Origin: a virus
Virus record (IMG/VR): IMGVR_UViG_3300024991_000028
DNA length: 39,674 nucleotides
Strand: one strand, 5' to 3'
How positions within the stretch are numbered: position 1 is the first letter of the stretch; each line of letters begins with the position of its first letter. The notes below the pieces were generated by a model that worked only from the letters and a program-made list of their open reading frames with translations, had not been told where the DNA came from and did not search any database. Positions 23,676 to 31,243 of this stretch are shown here, in pieces. Both the position numbers and the translations under genes were made by a program.

Positions 23676-24038
23676 TCATGCCGACCGGGCCAGCGACAGA
23701 CGTGTGGGGCCAAACGGATGAGTGCCCCAACCTGCGTTTCCGACGTAACCACGATTAACTCGGAAAGCCTCCGCGTCTGTCGGGGCAGGGGTGTCGACGC
23801 CGAGCAGCCACGAGGCCGGCACTCCTGAGAGCAGCTCGACCCTGCGGGCGATAGCGATCAGGTCGCGCGGCTGCGTGCGGCCGGACTCCCAGGCGGCGTA
23901 GGCCGCCTTCGTGACGCCGAGCTTCTCGGCGAGTTCGGCCTGGTGCAGTTCGAGGACGTCGAAGCGGACCTTGCGCATGCGGTCGGCGAAGGTCCACCTG
24001 GGGACGACCGGCTTGGTCCCGGCCGCTGGCGTGGTCAT
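23676..24038 (-). CDS. XRE/CI-type HTH repressor
   Basis: Start ATG 24038. LHQAELAEKLGVTKAAYAAWESGRTQPR is an HTH_XRE pattern. The last 30 codons or so have low GC3. Confidence 0.8.
   Translation of the reverse strand: MTTPAAGTKPVVPRWTFADRMRKVRFDVLELHQAELAEKLGVTKAAYAAWESGRTQPRDLIAIARRVELLSGVPASWLLGVDTPAPTDAEAFRVNRGYVGNAGWGTHPFGPTRLSLARSA
23737..23766. other. 7-bp inverted repeat around an AT-richer core inside the repressor 3' tail (candidate attP core region)
   Basis: TTTCCGA (23737-23743), loop cgtaaccacgattaac, TCGGAAA (23760-23766). Lowest-GC patch of the lysogeny region. Confidence 0.3.
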
Positions 24039-24151
24039 GCGACGAGTGTAACCACGTCTCCCACAAACGCACCAGAGTGCACTACGCCGCACCCGGGAGA
24101 CACGCGGCACGTATTTGTGTGTTGAGAGTAAGTCTGGTTACATACTGCCCC
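24039..24151. promoter_or_regulatory. Divergent switch region with two probable leaderless promoters
   Basis: Minus strand: TGGTTACACT + 6 nt + ATG 24038. Plus strand: TGGTTACATACT + 5-7 nt + ATG 24152. No Shine-Dalgarno sequence before either start. Confidence 0.5.
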
Positions 24152-24361
24152 ATGCCCAGTAACCCCGCTTACAGCGACGAGGACCTGGTTACGGTCGCCG
24201 TCGCAGCCGAGCTCCTGGGGGTCCACCGGAACACGCTCCGCCGCTGGGTCGACGCCGGCGAACTCCCCGAGCGCCGCACCCCCGGCAACCACCGCCTGTT
24301 CCGAGTCGGTGACCTCCGCAAGTTGAACGTCCCCACCATCACGAAGCCGCAGGCCTCGTGA
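24152..24361 (+). CDS. Excisionase-type HTH DNA-binding protein in the Cro position
   Basis: Internal ATG of ORF 24077..24361. VAVAAELLGVHRNTLRRWVDAGELPERRTPGNHRLFRVGDL. Divergent from the repressor. Confidence 0.75.
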   Translation: MPSNPAYSDEDLVTVAVAAELLGVHRNTLRRWVDAGELPERRTPGNHRLFRVGDLRKLNVPTITKPQAS

Positions 24362-24663
24362 CCGGCGACAACAAGAGCTGGAACCAGCCGCCCCAGCTCC
24401 TCACACCCGTCGTCGAGAACACCCAAGCCGCCCGCGTCGCCCGACGCCGCGCCTTCCGCACGATGTTCGACTACGCCCCCGAGGCCCGCCGCTACGTGCC
24501 GCAGCCCTACAGGAACCGACTGACTCCCGAGCAGGCCGTCGACCACGACGACCACGCCGAGACGGGGGAGTGGGGCGACGACCTAACCGACTCGCTGCTC
24601 GACGTCATCGAGCGCCACTCCAACGGCGAACGGGCCGGCGCTGCACACGCCGACCCGTCCTGA
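24358..24663 (+). CDS. Hypothetical protein
   Basis: GTGA overlap, 101 aa, GC3-rich. Confidence 0.6.
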   Translation: MTGDNKSWNQPPQLLTPVVENTQAARVARRRAFRTMFDYAPEARRYVPQPYRNRLTPEQAVDHDDHAETGEWGDDLTDSLLDVIERHSNGERAGAAHADPS

Positions 24664-24702
24664 CCCGCATCCATCACCACTGATCACGAGGACAACGCAC
24701 TC

Positions 24703-24876
24703 ATGACCACCAAGAGCATCGCACACCCGATGCCCATCCCGACGCCTCCGCGCGGGCTCACGCTGACCCCGATGCCCCCGGCCGCGGTCCGCCGGCCGGG
24801 CCGTCACCGCCTCGTCCGCCGCACACGGTGGCAGCGCACCGTCGACGCCGTCACCCGCTGGATGGTGTCCTCGTGA
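24703..24876 (+). CDS. Hypothetical Pro/Arg-rich micro-protein (57 aa)
   Basis: Not in the ORF track (below its cutoff) and read by hand. ATG after GAGGA. The stop TGA 24874-24876 overlaps the next GTG. Confidence 0.4.
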   Translation: MTTKSIAHPMPIPTPPRGLTLTPMPPAAVRRPGRHRLVRRTRWQRTVDAVTRWMVSS

Positions 24877-25448
24877 AGGCGCTGGCCGACTTCCTCCGCG
24901 GGTTCGCCGACGGGATCGACCGCGCCGCCGGCCGCGACGTCGTCGACCAGGCCGCCGTCGAGGCGGCCGAGCTGCTCGACGACCCGGCCGAGGTGGTCGT
25001 CACCGGGCCCGACCTGACCGACAACCAGGCGTTGCAGGTCGCGATCCACTTCCAGGAGACCCGGCGCGACCTTCGCCGCTTCCAGCAGATGTACGGGAAG
25101 GCGTCGGCGACGATCGGGCACCTCCGCGGCCGCAACGCGTTCCTGGCCGAGGAGCTGCTCGCCGCGCGGACCACGATCCGCCTCGCGCGGGCCGAGCTGG
25201 ACCTCGCCGCGGGGGAGTCGCTCTCCGACGCGATCGTTCAGACGCGCGACCGGGCCCGCACGCTGGAGGCGAAGCTCGCCGAGAAGAACGGCACCGGCCG
25301 CCCGACCGTGGCGCGCGAGGACCTCGCGAACGAGCTGCTGCGCGCCTACACCGGCAACGAGGAGTCCAACGCCGGCGTGGCGATCGGCTGGGGCCCGGTC
25401 GCCGACCGCGCCGTCACCGTCCTCCTCGGCACCTCGGATGCCACGTGA
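24873..25448 (+). CDS. Hypothetical coiled-coil protein
   Basis: GTG 24873 is internal to ORF 24828..25448, chosen for its GTGA overlap. 191 aa. Confidence 0.58.
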   Translation: MKALADFLRGFADGIDRAAGRDVVDQAAVEAAELLDDPAEVVVTGPDLTDNQALQVAIHFQETRRDLRRFQQMYGKASATIGHLRGRNAFLAEELLAARTTIRLARAELDLAAGESLSDAIVQTRDRARTLEAKLAEKNGTGRPTVAREDLANELLRAYTGNEESNAGVAIGWGPVADRAVTVLLGTSDAT

Positions 25449-25657
25449 CCCGCGCAGCCGTTCTCGCCGCCGTCGCGACCAGCGCGCTCCTGAGGCCCCT
25501 CCCCAACCCCATCGAGGCTCCTGCGCCTGGTGCGGCAGCGATGGCCTGTGGCGCGTGCGGCGAGGTCGTCGACCTCCACCAACTCCGGTGGCGCAACCGG
25601 CGCTCGCTGCTCCTCGGCTGCCAGTTCTGCACCCCGAAGGAGGACCCGTGCCCTTGA
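25445..25657 (+). CDS. Zinc-ribbon micro-protein
   Basis: GTGA overlap. Two CxxC pairs: CGAC...CQFC. Confidence 0.5.
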   Translation: MTRAAVLAAVATSALLRPLPNPIEAPAPGAAAMACGACGEVVDLHQLRWRNRRSLLLGCQFCTPKEDPCP

Positions 25658-26058
25658 CCGCCGACTACCCCGGCCTCTACACCGACGTCGCCAGCTCCGC
25701 CCACGCACTGCTCCAGTCCCACTCCTGGATCACCCGCGACCCCGACACCCGCGAGCTCCACCTCATCGACCTCGACGCGATGACCCCCAGCCACCGCGCC
25801 CACCTCCTCGACTGGTTGCGCCGCAACGCCCACGTCATGCGCGGCCACGTCCACCGATCCATCAACCAGTCCCAGCGGTGGGGCGCGATCACCTGGGTCG
25901 AACGCGCCGAGCTGATTCGCGACCTCGAGGTCCACCCGCCCGAGGTGTGGATCGAGGACACGCCCCTCGTCCGCCGCCTCGTCCAGCTCGAACCGCCGGC
26001 CGCCCCACGGCGGGAACGGCAGCGCTGGCTCCCCCAACGCCTCCGGAGGAACCGATGA
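25648..26058 (+). CDS. Hypothetical protein
   Basis: GTG 25648 after GAAGGAGGA, internal to ORF 25438..26058. 136 aa. Confidence 0.58.
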   Translation: MPLTADYPGLYTDVASSAHALLQSHSWITRDPDTRELHLIDLDAMTPSHRAHLLDWLRRNAHVMRGHVHRSINQSQRWGAITWVERAELIRDLEVHPPEVWIEDTPLVRRLVQLEPPAAPRRERQRWLPQRLRRNR

Positions 26059-26276
26059 ACCTCACCTACCCCGGCGACGTCCGGCACGTCGCCGTCGGCC
26101 GCGTCATGGGCCCCGACCTCCACGGCGGATTCGTCGTCGCCACCGCCGCCGAGTACGACCCGGGCACCGACAAGACCCGCGTCGCGTTCCGCCCCCTGCA
26201 GCCCGCCGAGCGCGAGCACGTCGTCGAGGACACCGACGGCGCTCCGTGGCTCGGACAGATCGGAGTCGCCTGGTGA
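26055..26276 (+). CDS. Hypothetical protein
   Basis: ATGA overlap, 73 aa. Confidence 0.55.
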   Translation: MNLTYPGDVRHVAVGRVMGPDLHGGFVVATAAEYDPGTDKTRVAFRPLQPAEREHVVEDTDGAPWLGQIGVAW

Positions 26277-27184
26277 ACACCTACGTCGGGCCCATCCGCC
26301 GCCGCCAGTACGGCCGCAGCGGCCACGGGTACATCGACGCCAACGGACTCAAGGTCCCCGGCGTCACCACCATCCTCAAGGCGCTCCCCAAGGACGCCCT
26401 CATCAACTGGGCCGCCAACGCCACCGCCGACGCCGCCGTCGACCGCTGGGACGAACTCGCCGCGCTCAAGCCCGCCGCCCGCCTCGCCACCCTCAAGAAG
26501 GCCCGCTACGAGGACCGCGACACCGCCGCCAACCGCGGCACCGAGGTCCACAACGCCGCGCAGCGCTACCTCCAGGGCGAGGAGATCGAACTCCCCGACG
26601 ACATCGCCGGCCACGTCGAGTCCTACATCGCGTTCGTCGAGGACTGGCAGCCCGAACCGCTCCTCGTCGAAGCCGTCGTCATGTCCCACAAGTACGGCTA
26701 CGCCGGCACCCTCGACCTCGGCGTCACCTTCGACGACCCCGCGATCATCGCCCGCCTCGCCGAGCAGATGCGCATGCCCGAGCTCGTCGACCTCGACCGG
26801 CCCGTCGTCGGCATCGGCGACATCAAGACCAGCCGGTCCGGCATCTTCCCCGAGACCGCCTGGCAGGTGTGCGCCTACCGCTACGCCGACGTCTACGTCG
26901 ACGCCCAGGGCGCCGAGCAGCCCATGCCCGCGTTCGACTTCGCGTTCGCGCTCCACGTCCGCGGCGACGACTACGGCCTGCGGCCCCTCGTCGCCGGGCC
27001 CGAGCAGCTCCGCGAGTTCCTCTACATCCGCGAGGTCCACCGCGCCGTCGAGGAGACCTCCAAGGCCTACGTCGGCGAGGAACTCACCCCCGGGCGCCGG
27101 CTCAAGCGCCGCCGCCTCGAGGTCGTCGAGGAGCCCGCCCCCACGACCGCGCGCCGCCGCGCGAAGGAAGGGGCACCGGCGTGA
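26273..27184 (+). CDS. PD-(D/E)XK exonuclease (RecE/Cas4-like recombination nuclease)
   Basis: GTGA overlap. GTEVHNAAQ, YAGTLDL and IGDIKTSRS give the D...D-x-K nuclease pattern. Lies next to RecT. Confidence 0.72.
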   Translation: MNTYVGPIRRRQYGRSGHGYIDANGLKVPGVTTILKALPKDALINWAANATADAAVDRWDELAALKPAARLATLKKARYEDRDTAANRGTEVHNAAQRYLQGEEIELPDDIAGHVESYIAFVEDWQPEPLLVEAVVMSHKYGYAGTLDLGVTFDDPAIIARLAEQMRMPELVDLDRPVVGIGDIKTSRSGIFPETAWQVCAYRYADVYVDAQGAEQPMPAFDFAFALHVRGDDYGLRPLVAGPEQLREFLYIREVHRAVEETSKAYVGEELTPGRRLKRRRLEVVEEPAPTTARRRAKEGAPA

Positions 27185-27609
27185 AGGGCCCGAAGCCGCG
27201 GCCGGCGATCGACCGCCTGCTGGCGAAGGCCGTCGAGGAGGACGGCTGCTGGCTGGTCAAGAGCGGCCTCGCCCCCAACGGCTACTCGCAGGTCTCGGTC
27301 GGCTCTGCTCGGAAGCTGATCGGCCACCGGGTCGCCTACGAGTTCTTCATCAGCGACATCCCGCCCGGCCTGGAGATCGACCACATCTGCCTGCGACGGA
27401 ACTGCGTCAACCCGTGGCACATGGACCCGGTCACCCACGCCGAGAACATGCGCCGCCAGCACGAGGCGCTCTGGCACGGCCGCAAGACGTGCGCGCGGGG
27501 TCACCAGCTCGCCGACGCGGGCGTCATCACGAAACAGAGCGGCGCCCTGACCGTGCGCATCTGTGCCGCCTGCTACCGCGAGAACAACCGGAAGGACCGC
27601 GCAGCATGA
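27181..27609 (+). CDS. HNH endonuclease (homing-type)
   Basis: GTGA overlap. IDHICLRRNCVNPWHMDPVTHAENMRR is an HNH core. C-terminal CARGH...CAAC zinc motif. Confidence 0.8.
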   Translation: MKGPKPRPAIDRLLAKAVEEDGCWLVKSGLAPNGYSQVSVGSARKLIGHRVAYEFFISDIPPGLEIDHICLRRNCVNPWHMDPVTHAENMRRQHEALWHGRKTCARGHQLADAGVITKQSGALTVRICAACYRENNRKDRAA

Positions 27610-28760
27610 GCGCCGAGATCGAGCAGTACCGCGGCGGGACCGTCACCCAGATCACGGGCGGCACGCCCGTCCCCGCGCTCCCGCCGGCCAACGACGTCGA
27701 CGGCTGGATCCGCGTCGTCGCCGACATCAGCAAGCTCGCAGCCCAGGTCGCGCACACCGACTTCGTGCCGCGCGCGATGCAGGGCAAGCCGGCGGCCGTC
27801 GCCGCCGCGATGCTCGCTGGTCGCGAGATGGGCATTGGCCCGATGACGTCGCTCCAGAACATCCATGTGATCAGCGGGAAGCCGGGGCAGTCGGCGCTGC
27901 TGATGCGCGCGATGGTGCTGGCCAAGGGCCATCAGATCGAGTACGTGGAGACGACCGACTCGCGCGCCGTGCTGCGTGGGCGGCGCGCGAACGAGGAGGA
28001 GTGGACCGAGGTCGAGTTCACCGCCGAGCAGGCGCGGAAGGCCAAGATCGACCTCGGTGGATACCCTGCCGACAAGCTCGTGGCTCGCGCGTCGGCGCGG
28101 TTGTGCCGCAGGAAGTTCGCCGACGTCATCTCCGGCATGGCCTACACGCTGGAGGAGCTCCAGGACGGCGACGCCCAGCTGATCGAGGCCGGCGAGACAC
28201 ACGCTCCTCCGGGCGACGACACGACGCCCGAGCAGCCGCCCAGGACCGCGCAGCGCGCCACACGCCGCAAGGCGGCACCGAAGACCCCCGCAGCCGCAGT
28301 CGGCGGCGGCACGGCCGCGGGAACGGGCGCGGCGGCCCCGAGTTCGGCGGGGCCGCCGCTGCCCGGCGAGGACGGCTACGACGCCCCCGGCGACGAGCAC
28401 GAGGACCGCGACCCGAACCGACCGTCGTCGCCCGAGCAGAACCGCCTCATGCACGCGATGTTCCGTAAGGCCGAGCTCGGCGGCCAGGACGACCGCGACG
28501 ACCGGCTGCGCCTCACCGGGCTCCTGCTCAAGCGCCAGCTCGACACCTCCAAGGGCCTCACCGTCGCCGACGCGTCGCTCGTCATCGACGCCCTGTCGCA
28601 GCTGGAGTCCAGCGGGCACCCGGACGGGCTCGCCGGCGCGGCGGCCGACCTGCTGACCGCGGACGACGTCGCGCGTGCGGAGGCCACGATGGCGGCCGAG
28701 GCGGAGCAGGAGGCGGCTGAGCAGGAAGCCGCCGACGACGACGCTCGGACCGAGTCGTGA
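27606..28760 (+). CDS. recT: RecT-family single-strand annealing protein with long C-terminal extension
   Basis: ATGA overlap. AMLAGREMGIGPMTSLQNIHVISGKPGQSALLMRAM is a RecT core pattern. Then a low-complexity linker, a domain of about 100 aa and an acidic tail. Confidence 0.78.
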   Translation: MSAEIEQYRGGTVTQITGGTPVPALPPANDVDGWIRVVADISKLAAQVAHTDFVPRAMQGKPAAVAAAMLAGREMGIGPMTSLQNIHVISGKPGQSALLMRAMVLAKGHQIEYVETTDSRAVLRGRRANEEEWTEVEFTAEQARKAKIDLGGYPADKLVARASARLCRRKFADVISGMAYTLEELQDGDAQLIEAGETHAPPGDDTTPEQPPRTAQRATRRKAAPKTPAAAVGGGTAAGTGAAAPSSAGPPLPGEDGYDAPGDEHEDRDPNRPSSPEQNRLMHAMFRKAELGGQDDRDDRLRLTGLLLKRQLDTSKGLTVADASLVIDALSQLESSGHPDGLAGAAADLLTADDVARAEATMAAEAEQEAAEQEAADDDARTES

Positions 28761-29113
28761 GCTTCGACTACAGCGACGTCCGCTGCCCGATGCCGGGCTG
28801 CACCGGGCGCCTCTACATCGAGTGGACCAGCACCTACACGCTGTCGGTGGGAGACCTCACTGACGTCGACGTGCCCAGCGCCACGGGTGCCCACTGCCAG
28901 CGCTGGGACATCCGCTGCGAGGAAGGGCACGTCGTCCTGATCCCCGGTGACACCGGCTGCGGATGCGACGACCCCGAAGGACCGGGCTGCAAGCACGACC
29001 CGCTGGCATATGACTGGTCCGACGAGAACCGGACCTTGCGCCTCAACGACATGGCCCGCCTGCGCGCCCTGGTCCCGTTCTTCGCCGCTATCGCCGAGGG
29101 GGTCCGGTCGTGA
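28757..29113 (+). CDS. Cys-rich hypothetical protein
   Basis: GTGA overlap, 118 aa. CPMPGC...HCQRWDIRC...CGCDDPEGPGC. Confidence 0.58.
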   Translation: MSFDYSDVRCPMPGCTGRLYIEWTSTYTLSVGDLTDVDVPSATGAHCQRWDIRCEEGHVVLIPGDTGCGCDDPEGPGCKHDPLAYDWSDENRTLRLNDMARLRALVPFFAAIAEGVRS

Positions 29114-29418
29114 TCCCCGGCGTCCAGATCGCCGGCCACACCGGCCGCGTCGTCATCGAACCCATCACCTCCACCGACGACGCCGCCGCCCTCTGGCTCC
29201 GCCCCCGCACCGCCAACGCCGACGCCCGCTGCGTGTGGCTCACCGCCACCCAGCTCCGCGTCCTCGCCGAGAAGGCCACCGACGCCGCCGACTACCTCGC
29301 GTCCACCGAGGGCCACCACGTCGCCCGCATCACCGCCGAACGACACCCCGAGCCCGACCGCCTCGCCGACCTGTTTCGCCCCACCGCGACCGCCCCCCGA
29401 CAGGAGACCCCCGCATGA
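29110..29418 (+). CDS. Hypothetical protein
   Basis: GTGA overlap, 102 aa. Confidence 0.55.
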   Translation: MIPGVQIAGHTGRVVIEPITSTDDAAALWLRPRTANADARCVWLTATQLRVLAEKATDAADYLASTEGHHVARITAERHPEPDRLADLFRPTATAPRQETPA

Positions 29419-29690
29419 GCGACAAGCCCGACCCCGACGAGACGTTCGTCCGGTTCACCGGCATGAAGGCCGCCGCGATCGTCGAAGAGCTCCCCACCCT
29501 CGGCGGCCGGATGCGGTTCTCCGGGATCGCCGAATGCGTCAAGGAGCCCCACCACGAGCTCATGGCCGACGGGCACCACCGCCCGGTCGTCGGGATGAAG
29601 GTGATCGAGGTGGAGCTCGGCGAGGTCACGCCGGCGCCCGAGGGCGACCCGCAGCTGCCGTACGACGCCAACACCGAGGAGATCGGCTGA
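29415..29690 (+). CDS. Hypothetical protein
   Basis: ATGA overlap, 91 aa. Confidence 0.55.
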   Translation: MSDKPDPDETFVRFTGMKAAAIVEELPTLGGRMRFSGIAECVKEPHHELMADGHHRPVVGMKVIEVELGEVTPAPEGDPQLPYDANTEEIG

Positions 29691-29971
29691 TGCCGCCCGT
29701 GCTGCACGTCCGCAAGAAGCCCGTCGAGGTGCAGGCGATGGGCCCTCTCACGCCCGAGAACCGCGACGAGATCGCCGCCTGGTGCAACGGGAAGGCCGAG
29801 GAGGCCAAGGTCGCCGGTCCGGGCCGAGGGCTCGTCACGGCCGTCGTCATCCACACCCTCGAGGGCGACATGAAGGCGTCCTACGGCGACTACGTGATCC
29901 GCGGGGTGAAGGGCGAGCACTACCCGTGCAAGCCCGCGATCTTCGCCGAGACATACGAGGCGGTCAGCTGA
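29690..29971 (+). CDS. PGDYG-like domain protein (tentative)
   Basis: TGATG overlap. YGDYVIRGVKGEHYPCKPAIFAETYE resembles the remembered PGDYG phage domain pattern. Confidence 0.55.
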   Translation: MPPVLHVRKKPVEVQAMGPLTPENRDEIAAWCNGKAEEAKVAGPGRGLVTAVVIHTLEGDMKASYGDYVIRGVKGEHYPCKPAIFAETYEAVS

Positions 29972-30168
29972 TGACGAAGCCACTCCTGACCGACGACGAG
30001 CGCGAGCGGCTCCGCCACACCAACAGCTCGTTCGGGATCGCGATCGCCCTCGGCCTCCGCGACAAGCAGGTGTGGCCCGGGACCTTCGACGTCACCGCGT
30101 GGCGGAAGCGGCGCACCCGGAACCGGCTGGCGCGCAGGAGCCGCGCCATCAACCGACGGCGCGGCTGA
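29971..30168 (+). CDS. Hypothetical basic protein
   Basis: TGATG overlap, 65 aa, Arg-rich C-terminus. Confidence 0.5.
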   Translation: MTKPLLTDDERERLRHTNSSFGIAIALGLRDKQVWPGTFDVTAWRKRRTRNRLARRSRAINRRRG

Positions 30169-30236
30169 TCCCGACGTCGGCGCGTTGCCCTCGCTGCGCG
30201 CCGACGGTGCCGCCCCGGTGCCCCGGAGCGACACCA

Positions 30237-30275
30237 CCCGGCCGGGCGTCACTTCCCCTCCGACGCCCGGCCGGG
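30237..30275. promoter_or_regulatory. 14-bp perfect inverted repeat in the only sizeable early-region gap
   Basis: CCCGGCCGGGCGTC (30237-30250), 11-nt loop, GACGCCCGGCCGGG (30262-30275). Each arm contains the self-palindrome CCCGGCCGGG. Confidence 0.45.
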
Positions 30276-30310
30276 CACCACCAACCCCCTCACCCCCGAG
30301 AGGAGGCACC

Positions 30311-31243
30311 GTGGCCGACGACGGCCGCACATACATCCGCGTCCACGACGGCATGCCCGACCACCCCAAGGTCGAGACCCTGTCCGACCGCGCCTTCCGA
30401 CTCCTCGTCGAAACCTGGTGCTGGAGCAGCCGCCACCTCACCGACGGCCGCGTCCCCGCGAACATCTGGCGCCGCCGCGGAACCCCCGCAGCCCGCCGCG
30501 AGCTCACCGACGCCGGCCTCGTCGAGGACCACGGCCCCGAAGGCGTCCGGATGCACGACTACCTGGAGCACCAGCGGTCCAAGGCGGAGGTCGAGGAGAT
30601 CACCGCTGCGCGGCGCGCGGCGCAGCAGAAGGCGTCGGTGAAGGGCAACCACAGCCGATGGCACGTCGGGCCCAAGGGCCGACCTTCCGACGAGTGCGAG
30701 CTGTGCCAGAACGCATCCGATTCGGGATCGCAGAGGGATGCCGATGGGATCGGGTCTGGGACTCCGTCCGGATCGCTCATAGGCATAGGCACAGACAGAG
30801 ATAAAGAACCACGGGGAGACTCCCGCCGCCGCCCTGCGGATCCGGACGCGCGAACCACGCCGCGGCGGCCGCGCCGCGAACACACCGCGGCCGCCGAGCT
30901 CGACGCCACCGCGCACAGCCCCAGCGCCTTCGGCCTCGTCCAGGCCTGGTCGGAGACCAACCCCGGCCTCACCAGCGGGAAACGCCGCGAACTCGGCAAG
31001 GCCGTCGACCAGCTCCTCGCCCAGGGCGCCGACCCCGAGCTCATCCCCGCCGCGCTCGACGCCGCCCACGACAGCCGGTTCCGGAACCCCGTCGGAGCCC
31101 TCCCACACGCCTACGACGACGTCCGCCGAGCCCGCAACCAGCCCGCCGGCGCGCAACAGATGCACCCCACCGACGCCCGCATCCAGGCCCTGCTGCAGGG
31201 CTCGCCGGGCGACCTCCCGCCCGCCATCGGAGGCCCCACGTGA
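30311..31243 (+). CDS. Putative replication initiator / replisome organizer (winged-helix N-domain)
   Basis: GTG 30311 after GAGAGGAGG. YIRVHDGMPDHPKVETLSDRAFRLLVETWCWSSRHLTDGRVP resembles phage replisome-organizer N-domains. Central low-complexity linker. Confidence 0.5.
   Translation: MADDGRTYIRVHDGMPDHPKVETLSDRAFRLLVETWCWSSRHLTDGRVPANIWRRRGTPAARRELTDAGLVEDHGPEGVRMHDYLEHQRSKAEVEEITAARRAAQQKASVKGNHSRWHVGPKGRPSDECELCQNASDSGSQRDADGIGSGTPSGSLIGIGTDRDKEPRGDSRRRPADPDARTTPRRPRREHTAAAELDATAHSPSAFGLVQAWSETNPGLTSGKRRELGKAVDQLLAQGADPELIPAALDAAHDSRFRNPVGALPHAYDDVRRARNQPAGAQQMHPTDARIQALLQGSPGDLPPAIGGPT
30715..30811. promoter_or_regulatory. Candidate origin of replication inside the initiator gene (iteron-like repeats plus A/T-rich patch)
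   Basis: GGGATCG at 30724 and 30746, CCGGATCG at 30768, tandem CATAGGCATAGGCA at 30778-30791, then ACAGACAGAGATAAAGAACCA. Confidence 0.4.

Noticed and set aside
22636-23730. Long (364-aa) form of the integrase ORF. Similar long forms: repressor (to 24110), replication organizer (from 30185), terS (from 37068).
   Set aside because: The upstream extensions cross hairpins and intergenic signals and have poor composition. Internal starts with good Shine-Dalgarno or leaderless context were preferred: 23532, 24038, 30311 and 37092.
23533-23800. Search for a tRNA gene or tRNA 3' fragment marking attP
   Set aside because: I found several inverted repeats but no cloverleaf, T-loop (GGTTCGAATCC-like) or CCA-end-like sequence on either strand. 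attP is therefore proposed only from compositional and positional evidence.
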